NCBI GenBank assembly: GCA_026396455.1
Contig: JAPLWT010000031.1
Span: forward strand, 1-46,135
Length of the DNA: 46,135 nt
From: Candidatus Micrarchaeota archaeon
Lineage (GTDB): Archaea > Micrarchaeota > Micrarchaeia > Burarchaeales > Fermentimicrarchaeaceae
Direction: 5' to 3'
Shown: positions 1-7,691 of the stretch, piece by piece
Layout: every line of letters begins with the position of its first letter
How positions within the stretch are numbered: the stretch's first letter is position 1
Position numbers and translations under genes: made by a program
Notes under the pieces: model-generated
Databases searched by the model: none
What the model saw: only the letters and a program-made list of their open reading frames with translations
Told to the model about the DNA's origin: nothing

Positions 1-58
1 CGCATGCTCAGACAGCAGGCTGAAAAAGACTGGCGCAGCTAATTCAATTTTTCTTGTT

Positions 59-856
59 TTGCTGGCAGGAAGCAAACCCGATTCATTGACAGAGGTTTTC
101 TCAAGCGAAGAAGTGCAGGCGATTGGGGAGGGTAAACTGAATGAGGGAATACTGGGCAAATCTGCCGGGGATTTTGGCGGGATGGTTGTTAATGCAGGCG
201 CGGTGGCAAAGCCCGAGCTTGCAAAGGGAGTTGACGTGATTGTTATCGGGCACGATGCGTGCGGAGCCCACAAGCTCGGCGAGCACGCTGAGGAGATTCT
301 CGGCTGGCTGCGCGAGAGGGGCTATGACCTTAGCAAGCTGGGTGTTAATGAAAAGGATTTCATGAGCATACCCGAGTCGGACCAGCACGTAAAGGAGCAG
401 GTCCAGAAGCTTGTAGATACAGATCAGAACAGGCGTGTGGTAGGAGTTGTTGTCAATTTTGGGACAGGTACTGCAAGGGTCGTTGTAGCCCACAAGGTGA
501 AAATGCCCAGTCAGATAGAAATCCCAAACCAAAAGATTCAGGGCGAGCTTCTCAAATCCCAAGCGCCTAAAGGAATTGTGATTGGAAGTACGAATGTGGA
601 CTTGCAAAAGGCGGTCGGAGCCGGGCTTGGCGAGTATTTTGCAGTTACTGATGACAAGTCTCTGAATTCAAAAATCTCTTTGATATACGCAGTTGCCCAC
701 TTGAACAAGGGCAACAACATAAAGGAAGTTGTATTCGTTGCGAGGAAGGAGGGTGAGGCGAACGAGCTCATGGAGAGCTGGAGGGCTAACCCGCTCTTCG
801 CGGATTTGGAGAAGTCCGGTGTAAAGTTTCTGGCAAAAGTTGCTGCTGGAAGCTGA
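59..856 (+). CDS. hypothetical protein (start uncertain)
   Basis: 265-aa ORF of ordinary composition. The VIVIGHDACGAHK motif is reminiscent of HxxC metal sites, but I recognise no family. The start in the ORF track is TTG. Confidence 0.4.
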   Translation: MLAGSKPDSLTEVFSSEEVQAIGEGKLNEGILGKSAGDFGGMVVNAGAVAKPELAKGVDVIVIGHDACGAHKLGEHAEEILGWLRERGYDLSKLGVNEKDFMSIPESDQHVKEQVQKLVDTDQNRRVVGVVVNFGTGTARVVVAHKVKMPSQIEIPNQKIQGELLKSQAPKGIVIGSTNVDLQKAVGAGLGEYFAVTDDKSLNSKISLIYAVAHLNKGNNIKEVVFVARKEGEANELMESWRANPLFADLEKSGVKFLAKVAAGS

Positions 857-910
857 ATCTGGTTGCAGCGCGCGCTGATTCTTAACCTGGAAAGTTACCC
901 CTCCCCAACC

Positions 911-918
911 TTTATAAA
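911..918 (+). promoter_or_regulatory. TATA box (TTTATAAA) for the small ORF starting at 950
   Basis: Consensus archaeal TATA about 35 nt upstream of the ATG at 950. Confidence 0.45.
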
Positions 919-949
919 TGAGACAAGCCCCTCTCTAATCGGCGACCAT

Positions 950-1219
950 ATGCCTATAGAAGAAGAAATTGTTCATTGGTGGAAGGACGATAAAGGCGAG
1001 AACCACAGGAATGCCCTGAGAATAGAGTGCGAGAGCCCGCAGATGTCGAACGGATTTCCAAGGGATGGGCTCATAACCCTGAGGATAATGAACGCGGTGA
1101 GCGCCCAGGCAATAAAACTCTCCCCTGATGAGGCTCTGAGAATAAGTACTCAGCTGCTGACAATCGCAAAGGAGCTCATCAACGATAAGAGGGCCCTGTG
1201 GAAGAGCTTTGAGGAGTAG
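950..1219 (+). CDS. small hypothetical protein (89 aa)
   Basis: In-frame ATG (MPIEEEIVHWW...) downstream of the TATA box. The ORF-track start at 863 would lie upstream of the promoter. Confidence 0.4.
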   Translation: MPIEEEIVHWWKDDKGENHRNALRIECESPQMSNGFPRDGLITLRIMNAVSAQAIKLSPDEALRISTQLLTIAKELINDKRALWKSFEE

Positions 1220-1781
1220 TCCAGTTGCTCTCATCCTCAAGCTTCTCGAGAAATTCAAGCATAAACCTATGCCTCTCCTCGGCCATTCTCCTACCGCTTT
1301 CAGTATTCATTGTATCTTTTAGCTTAAGGAGCTTCTCGTCAAAATGCTTCACTGCATCTTTCAGGACTTTCCTGTGCTCACCGCTCCAGAGGAAGCAGCG
1401 GGCGATTCCCACAGCGCCAATTGCATCCAGCCTGTCCGCATCCTGCAGTATCTTCGCCTCCAAGCTCATGGCTTCCCCGCCCCTGCTGAACCTGTGAGTC
1501 CTCACGCACTCCAAAACGTTGTCCCTTTTCTTCTGGGGGAAGTCGGTCATGCCCAGCAGGCTTTCGGCTATCTCCAAGCTCTTTTTCTCATGCCCCTCCC
1601 CATCAAGGGAATAGCCGACATCGTGCAACAGGGCAGCTGCCTTCACAACATCCTCGTCTGCCTTCTCCTCCCTTGCCAGGTGTATCGCAATCGAGCAGAC
1701 CCTCTTGGCGTGCTCAAAGTCGTGAGTGGGGTCTTTCATCAGCTCGCTTGCAATCTTTTCAAAAGTCTCCTGCCATCCCAT
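1179..1781 (-). CDS. HD-domain metal-dependent phosphohydrolase
   Basis: Contains H...HD (LLHDVGY) and a downstream D (DADRLDAIGA), typical of the HD superfamily. I chose the ATG at 1781 (MGWQETF) because a TATA box (plus-strand 1805-1812) lies about 27 nt upstream. Confidence 0.75.
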   Translation of the reverse strand: MGWQETFEKIASELMKDPTHDFEHAKRVCSIAIHLAREEKADEDVVKAAALLHDVGYSLDGEGHEKKSLEIAESLLGMTDFPQKKRDNVLECVRTHRFSRGGEAMSLEAKILQDADRLDAIGAVGIARCFLWSGEHRKVLKDAVKHFDEKLLKLKDTMNTESGRRMAEERHRFMLEFLEKLEDESNWTTPQSSSTGPSYR

Positions 1782-1804
1782 AATCTTCTTATAAACATTC
1801 AGCA

Positions 1805-1812
1805 ATTTATAA
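1805..1812 (-). promoter_or_regulatory. TATA box (TTATAAAT on the minus strand) for the HD-domain gene
   Basis: Spacing of about 27 nt to the ATG at 1781 suggests a leaderless transcript. Confidence 0.4.
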
Positions 1813-1855
1813 GTAGTCGGTGGTGTTGCGAGAGATATAGCAGTAAATTAATCCG

Positions 1856-2200
1856 CTAGAGAAGCTTCAAATCCTTTGTGAATTTATCCACTTCCTCATC
1901 CTTCCATGGGCCGACAACCAGACAGGTGACAGTTCCGGGGGCAATCTGTGTGAAGCCAGCATCTTTTATTATCACGCAGGGGATCTCCCTCTTTATCTTT
2001 TCATACAGTTCGAAAAGCTCCCTCTCACTTTCAACTTTCACAACTATCTTCTTCTCCCCCTCTCTCTCCCACTCTTCAACAATTTCAGGCTCCTTCTCCT
2101 TGACAAGCCTATAGCCTGCCAGCGAGGCGTGGGAGACGTGCGCAGCAAGCTTCCCCTTCCCGAGCTTCAAATCGTTCCTTACAACTATGACCTGCTTCAT
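1856..2200 (-). CDS. pth2: peptidyl-tRNA hydrolase, archaeal type (Pth2)
   Basis: MKQVIVVRNDLKLGKGKLAAHVSHASL... and a length of 114 aa match the Pth2 family. Confidence 0.9.
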   Translation of the reverse strand: MKQVIVVRNDLKLGKGKLAAHVSHASLAGYRLVKEKEPEIVEEWEREGEKKIVVKVESERELFELYEKIKREIPCVIIKDAGFTQIAPGTVTCLVVGPWKDEEVDKFTKDLKLL

Positions 2201-2210
2201 TTCAATCTGC

Positions 2211-2218
2211 TTTATAAA
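2211..2218 (+). promoter_or_regulatory. TATA box (TTTATAAA) for nurA
   Basis: Lies about 28 nt upstream of the ATG at 2243. Confidence 0.45.
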
Positions 2219-2230
2219 TTCACTATTGAA

Positions 2231-2240
2231 TTAAATAAAT
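2231..2240 (-). promoter_or_regulatory. TATA-like element (ATTTATTTAA on the minus strand) for pth2
   Basis: Lies about 35 nt upstream of the pth2 ATG at 2200 and is interleaved with the nurA TATA. Confidence 0.3.
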
Positions 2241-2242
2241 AT

Positions 2243-3295
2243 ATGCACGACAGACTTGCAGAGCTGATAGACAACATAAAAGCTCTTGAGGAGAAGCGCT
2301 CTGAGCTCGCCCAAAAAATCAGGGAGGAGAACAGGGAAGTATACCCCGAGGCGCTTGAGAAGAACCTCATACACAAGGTTGAGCCCTTGGAGCTGAACTG
2401 CAGGGTTGCCGCAGTTGATGGCGGTCTTGCTGCGCAGGAGTTCCACGGATTCGACCTTGTGCTGACCAGAGCTGTCTCCGTAATATTCGACTACAAGAAC
2501 TCCAAAAGGGCATCGCACATCTACTACCCCTCAAGGATTCCGGATGCCGAGCCTGATGCCCTGACTGCACTGGACTCCCACGAGTTCACCTGGCACAAAT
2601 CGCTCATAAGGCTCAGAAAAGAAATTGAAGTTGCCTGTGAAAGTGTCGAGAAGCACAAACCCGATTACATCCTGCTTGATGGCTCGATAGTGCCGCAGAT
2701 TTCAGACAAGCCTTCGGAGGATTCTCCGGTGAGGCCCCTCTACAACAAACTTCTGGAAGATTACAAAAGGCTCTACTCCACATGCAAGGAGAAGGAATGC
2801 CAGCTCATAGGGGTTATAAAGGACAGCAGGGGCAAGAGGTTCATAGAGATTATCGAGAAGACCCTGCCAGCCCATCAGAAAGGCGTTCTTGCGACATCCC
2901 ACGACACCTCCTTCCTGCATTTCCTCCTCAATGCCGGCGAGAGGACTTTCGAGTTCCACTACTCCAATGCCGAGAAAGAGCATCATGTCCTGAAGGATTT
3001 GGGCGAGTGGAGCCCTTTCATCCATGCGTTCTATATAAAACCGGTCAAGGATGACAGGCCCCTCAGGGTGGAATTCCTCAAAACACATAGGGATGCAGGT
3101 GAGGTATCATCTTTAATATACTCCCTCTCCACAATAAACCAGAAATACGCCTATCCGGCAATACTGATTGAGGCAGACATGAGGGCTGCAATGGACCGGA
3201 GTGAGCTGGAGAGGGCGTGCAGGAATCTGTTGCTCAGGGCAGGAAGGAGAATCTCTTTCCTCCCTCTGAGAAGGGATAGCAGGTCATTCAGATGA
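2243..3295 (+). CDS. nurA: NurA-family 5'-3' nuclease
   Basis: Has the AAVDGG and ILLDGSIVPQ motifs, is about 350 aa long, and sits next to herA. The start is set at MHDRLAEL because of the TATA spacing. Confidence 0.75.
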   Translation: MHDRLAELIDNIKALEEKRSELAQKIREENREVYPEALEKNLIHKVEPLELNCRVAAVDGGLAAQEFHGFDLVLTRAVSVIFDYKNSKRASHIYYPSRIPDAEPDALTALDSHEFTWHKSLIRLRKEIEVACESVEKHKPDYILLDGSIVPQISDKPSEDSPVRPLYNKLLEDYKRLYSTCKEKECQLIGVIKDSRGKRFIEIIEKTLPAHQKGVLATSHDTSFLHFLLNAGERTFEFHYSNAEKEHHVLKDLGEWSPFIHAFYIKPVKDDRPLRVEFLKTHRDAGEVSSLIYSLSTINQKYAYPAILIEADMRAAMDRSELERACRNLLLRAGRRISFLPLRRDSRSFR

Positions 3296-3299
3296 TGAT

Positions 3300-4163
3300 A
3301 TGAAGTGTTCCAAGCATAAGGAGAATGACGCTGTTGCAATGTGCGATACGTGCAACCTATTCTACTGCGGGAACTGCGCTCTATCTTCAAATGGTCGCTG
3401 CCCCATATGCGGCAAGGCACTTATCTCCCCAGAAGCAGTACTCGTGGGCATGGGCCCTGAGGATATGTACCAGCGTCAGGGTGCACCCAGTCTATACAAA
3501 GCAGTAAGTTCGCTATACCTGGAGCCAGTGAGGACGATAAGGAGGCTGATGCAAAACGCATCCCTTTTTACCGGAGCCATAAACATCACCATTGTCTACG
3601 TAATAATAACATTGCTTAGACTCGCAACGATACTCGCTTTGCAGGTTTTCATAGTACCAGCGGCATCCGGGGGTGCAGGCCTGCAGAGTTTATCCGCGGG
3701 GCTATCGCAGCTTTTGTCAACCTCCTTCATAGTTAGTTTCCTTGTATCCACCTTCTTGGGGTACGGGGTATTCGTCATTTCCTGGTTAGCGCTGTCACTC
3801 ATCCTGTTTGCGCCTGCCAAACTGCTCGGAGGAAAAAGCGCTTTTGCCCAGCAAGCCTGCCTGCTTCCCTATGCAATGCTCGCGGTGCTGCCAATTGTTG
3901 TTTTTTCATTAGCGTCGATAATACTGCCCTACGGCATCGGAGTCCCACTTGCGTTTTTGGGCAATGCCGTAGCCCTTGTATACGCACTGTTGCTCACGAT
4001 TCTAATAATCAAAGAGATCAACGAGTTTGGCAAATTTACAACAGCAGTCTCGTTCTTCATCTCCTTCTCTATTACGGTAGCGCTCTCTGTAATGCTTTTG
4101 TCCATCATCTTCATAGACACTATAATAACTATAGTTGGAAAGTTACTCCCTCTAAGCATTTAA
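3300..4163 (+). CDS. membrane protein with N-terminal Cys4 zinc-ribbon/B-box and a Yip1-like multi-TM domain
   Basis: The N-terminus reads CSKH..CDTCNLFYCGNC...CPICG and is followed by about 5-6 hydrophobic helices. The gene is tightly packed between nurA (4-nt gap) and herA (25-nt gap). Confidence 0.6.
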   Translation: MKCSKHKENDAVAMCDTCNLFYCGNCALSSNGRCPICGKALISPEAVLVGMGPEDMYQRQGAPSLYKAVSSLYLEPVRTIRRLMQNASLFTGAINITIVYVIITLLRLATILALQVFIVPAASGGAGLQSLSAGLSQLLSTSFIVSFLVSTFLGYGVFVISWLALSLILFAPAKLLGGKSAFAQQACLLPYAMLAVLPIVVFSLASIILPYGIGVPLAFLGNAVALVYALLLTILIIKEINEFGKFTTAVSFFISFSITVALSVMLLSIIFIDTIITIVGKLLPLSI

Positions 4164-4188
4164 ATACCCAAATTACCAAAGTGATTCG

Positions 4189-5694
4189 ATGGAACTCGGC
4201 ACAGTAATATCCACCCTTGAAGGTCCTTCAACGACGGACTTCTCATTCGTTGTGAGCAACAACAAGGTGAGGAAGGGGCATTTCGTGCAATCCGAGACAG
4301 AGGAGGGGCTGCTTATAGGCGCGGTGACTGACATAACCCGCGCCAACAGGTATTTCGAGAGGGCGGAGAGCATTGCGGAGTACGAGAGGGGAGGGGAGTC
4401 CCTCTCAAAGAATTTTCCTACAACAGACTGGGAGTACGTAGTGGCAAATGTGCGGGTTCTCGGGGTTTACAGCGAGGGGCATCTTCTCAGGAGCACATTC
4501 CCTGCAGCGCCGGGAGCCAAAGTGAGCATAGCGGACGAGAAGCTTCTCAAGGGAATACTCGGGTTTGATGAAAACGGAATGCTGCTCGGCCAGCTGGAGA
4601 ACCACAAGCTTGATGTGAAGGTGAGCCTCAACAGGCTCTTGCAGAAGCATTTCGCAATTCTTGCCATGAGCGGCGCAGGAAAATCATACCTGACAAGCAT
4701 TCTAATCGAGGAGTTGCTTGAGAGGAAGCCCGAGCAGGGCAGGGTTGCCGTTGTGGTCGTTGATGTTCACGGGGAATACACGGGCTTCAAGAGCTCACCC
4801 GAATACAGCTCCAAGACAACAATCTTTGAGGGCAGGAAAATACGCATAGGTTTGGGCAAGGTATCCCCGCAGATACTGGGGGAGTTCCTTCCCGAGCTGA
4901 GCTCTGCGCAGAAGAGGGATATAGACAGCGTGCTGCTGGCGCTGAGGCAGGAGAAGAAGAGCAAGAACGAGCTTTTCGATTTGGACGATCTGATTGAAAA
5001 GGTTGGGAGCAGCGGCATGAAGGAGACAACAAAGGCACCTCTGCTTGCAACACTCTCATCACTGAAAGCTCTCAGGATATTCTCAAAGAGCGACAACCCA
5101 AGCGTTTATGAGCTCGCCCAGCCCGGCCGGCTTTCCGTGGTTGACCTGAGCAATATAGACAACATGAGGAAGAAGCAGCTTCTGGTCGCATACTTTGCAA
5201 GGAAGCTCTTCACCGCTAGGAAGAAGAGCAGGATACCGCCGTTCATACTGCTCATAGAGGAGTCACACAACTTTGCAAAGGAGAAGGCATCCAAGCAGGA
5301 TATGCTCTCCAAGAGCATAGTGGAGAAGATAGCCAGAGAGGGGAGGAAGTTCGGCGCATCCATAGGGCTCATAAGCCAGAGGCCTGTGCAGCTTAGCACC
5401 ACTGCCCTGTCGCAGGCGAATACCCATATAATAATGAGGGTGACCAACCCCTATGATATAAAGCACATAGGAGAAGGGTGCGAGGCCCTTGATGAATCGA
5501 TGCTGAAAAGCATAAGCACTTTGAGGGTCGGGGAGGCCCTCTTAATAGGGGAGGCCGTGAACTTCCCTGTTTTCGTGAAGATAAGGAGCAGGAAGTCAAA
5601 GAAATCAACAAAAGGGGAGGAGATAGACGTTCTTGCAAGGAAGTTCGAGGAGCTGAGGGAAAAGAAGAAGGCTGATGTTGAAGCATTCATATGA
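4189..5694 (+). CDS. herA: HerA-type hexameric DNA helicase/ATPase
   Basis: Walker A is AMSGAGKSYL and Walker B is ILLIEESHNF. The HerA-like N-terminal barrel region and the adjacent nurA support the call. Confidence 0.85.
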   Translation: MELGTVISTLEGPSTTDFSFVVSNNKVRKGHFVQSETEEGLLIGAVTDITRANRYFERAESIAEYERGGESLSKNFPTTDWEYVVANVRVLGVYSEGHLLRSTFPAAPGAKVSIADEKLLKGILGFDENGMLLGQLENHKLDVKVSLNRLLQKHFAILAMSGAGKSYLTSILIEELLERKPEQGRVAVVVVDVHGEYTGFKSSPEYSSKTTIFEGRKIRIGLGKVSPQILGEFLPELSSAQKRDIDSVLLALRQEKKSKNELFDLDDLIEKVGSSGMKETTKAPLLATLSSLKALRIFSKSDNPSVYELAQPGRLSVVDLSNIDNMRKKQLLVAYFARKLFTARKKSRIPPFILLIEESHNFAKEKASKQDMLSKSIVEKIAREGRKFGASIGLISQRPVQLSTTALSQANTHIIMRVTNPYDIKHIGEGCEALDESMLKSISTLRVGEALLIGEAVNFPVFVKIRSRKSKKSTKGEEIDVLARKFEELREKKKADVEAFI

Positions 5695-5703
5695 GGTGTT
5701 CGA

Positions 5704-6633
5704 ATGAACGAGCTTAGGAAAGATTGCCTGCTTGACAGATGGGTGATTATTGCTGAGAACAGGGGGAAGAGGCCTGTTGATTTCATACAGAAGCAGTGCG
5801 AGGCAAAGGAAGGGGTATGCGCGTTCTGCCCTGGGAATGAGCATCTCACTCCAAAAGAGATTTTAAGCATAAAGGGGCCGCATGGCTGGACTGTGAGGGG
5901 CTTTGAGAATATGTATCCAGCGACTTCGCTGGAGTTTCCTCAGGCCTTTGGCAGGCACGAGGTCATAGTTGAGATGAACCAGCACAACAAAAACCTTCAG
6001 GATCTTCCAGTAGGCGCCATAAGAGAAGTCATAGACATGTACTGCAGCAGGATAGATGATATAAGCAAGATAGACGGGATAGCGTATGTGCTCATCTTCA
6101 AAAATCATGGCGAGGAGGCAGGAACATCCATTCCGCACGAGCACAGCCAGCTGATAGCCCTCCAAAGAATTCCAACCCTTGTGGAGGAAGAGCTGACTGC
6201 CTACAAGAAGTATTTCAATAAGACTGAGAGATGCATATTCTGCGATATAATAACAATGGAAATGGAGTCCGACAGGAAAATTTTCGAGAACGACGGTTTC
6301 GCATGCTTCGCCCCATTTGCGTCAAGATTCCCGTTCGAGTCCTGGCTGCTCCCAAAGAGGCACGTTGCAAGCATAACCCAGCTCACCAATGACGAGAAGA
6401 ACTCTCTTGCCGATGGGCTGAAAACAATTCTCGGAAAGCTTGACAAACTTCTGAAAAATCCGCCATATAACTACTACCTGCACATAGCTCCGTCCGGGGA
6501 GGACTTCCACTTCCACATCGAGATATGCCCTAGAGTCACAAAGCTTGCGGGCTTTGAGCTGGGGAGCGGTATAATAATCAACACCATGCCACCTGAAAAA
6601 GCAGCCAGCGAATTAAAATCACTTACGCTTTGA
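5704..6633 (+). CDS. galactose-1-phosphate uridylyltransferase-like (GalT/HIT family) nucleotidyltransferase
   Basis: Has a CAFCPGNE zinc motif and a PHEHSQLIA (HxHxQ) active-site motif. Confidence 0.8.
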   Translation: MNELRKDCLLDRWVIIAENRGKRPVDFIQKQCEAKEGVCAFCPGNEHLTPKEILSIKGPHGWTVRGFENMYPATSLEFPQAFGRHEVIVEMNQHNKNLQDLPVGAIREVIDMYCSRIDDISKIDGIAYVLIFKNHGEEAGTSIPHEHSQLIALQRIPTLVEEELTAYKKYFNKTERCIFCDIITMEMESDRKIFENDGFACFAPFASRFPFESWLLPKRHVASITQLTNDEKNSLADGLKTILGKLDKLLKNPPYNYYLHIAPSGEDFHFHIEICPRVTKLAGFELGSGIIINTMPPEKAASELKSLTL

Positions 6634-7353
6634 CCTTCTCTTTCCAACCTTGTAAGTGACGTTCGCGAGCTTCGCCCCGAACTTTCTTATCCCGATGCTA
6701 TATGCGCTTCTCGGCTTGTGCCTCAGCACTGCCCTTCCGTACTCGGAAGACTTTATCACGTTGTTGTCATAGGGCAGGCTGCATAGGAGGGGCGTTCCCA
6801 GCCACTCCTTTGCTATTCTCCTCACTCTCTTCTCATTCTTCCTAACCTTGTTCAGCACAGTTCCGAAAATCTCAACCCCGTTCTTGTCAGCAATCATCTT
6901 AGTCTTCAGCGTGTTGGAGAATGAAGTCACCTCTGGGGTTGTTACGAGTATCACCCTGTCTGCTATCCTGAGGGTTTCGAGGGTGTTGGCTCCAAGGGTG
7001 CCTGGCGCATCCACCAGGACTATGTCTGCAGCCTTGCTTAGCTGCGTGCGCACTCCCCACAAATTCTGCGGCGATATTGCCTCTATGTCATCCGCAGAGA
7101 GGCTTGATGCTATCATCTTCACTCCCGCGGGATGGGTGAAAACAAGATCGTCAAAACTGACTCCATCAGAGAACACATCCTGTATTGAGCGCTCTGGGAA
7201 CGGAGGACCGAGGATGCAGGAAAGATCGCCGTTGCTAAGGTTGCCGTCAACTATGAGGGTGTCCACCCCGAAGTCGCTCAGGCAGAGTCCTAGGTTCGCA
7301 ACAAAGCTGCTCTTCCCGACCCCGCCCTTTCCCGATGCAACGGTTATAATCAA
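6619..7353 (-). CDS. minD: MinD/ParA-family P-loop ATPase
   Basis: Has the deviant Walker A motif ASGKGGVGKSS. Confidence 0.85.
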   Translation of the reverse strand: MIITVASGKGGVGKSSFVANLGLCLSDFGVDTLIVDGNLSNGDLSCILGPPFPERSIQDVFSDGVSFDDLVFTHPAGVKMIASSLSADDIEAISPQNLWGVRTQLSKAADIVLVDAPGTLGANTLETLRIADRVILVTTPEVTSFSNTLKTKMIADKNGVEIFGTVLNKVRKNEKRVRRIAKEWLGTPLLCSLPYDNNVIKSSEYGRAVLRHKPRSAYSIGIRKFGAKLANVTYKVGKRRSKRK

Positions 7354-7357
7354 ATTC

Positions 7358-7666
7358 TCACCTTATCCTCTTCTTGAGCTCCTTCTCCAAAAATTCCCTC
7401 TTCCCTCTCAACCCAAGATCGTCAAAGCTAACTGCTTGCTCGCCCTCATTGCTTCCCACAGCTTTTTGGCTGAGGGCAGTTCTCTCAGCCTCCAGCATTG
7501 CAACAACCTTTTCGGGATGAATTGTAATACTCTGTTCCTTTATTCGTGACATCAGGCTCTCAAGTTCTGTTATGCTCCAGTTACCGCCACTGTTGCGCAC
7601 GAATTCAGAGAGTAATCCCGAGTTTTTCAGCAGTTCGATTTGCGCATTTTCAATATTTTCCTCCAT
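7358..7666 (-). CDS. hypothetical protein (102 aa) between rad50 and minD
   Basis: ORF in the same orientation, 25 nt downstream of rad50 and 4 nt upstream of minD. No family recognised. Confidence 0.45.
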   Translation of the reverse strand: MEENIENAQIELLKNSGLLSEFVRNSGGNWSITELESLMSRIKEQSITIHPEKVVAMLEAERTALSQKAVGSNEGEQAVSFDDLGLRGKREFLEKELKKRIR

Positions 7667-7691
7667 TTTACGTCACCAACTGTCGCCAAAC

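Noticed and set aside
6848-7549. A 233-aa plus-strand ORF antisense to minD and orf102.
   Set aside because: It is a shadow ORF opposite a confidently identified P-loop ATPase.
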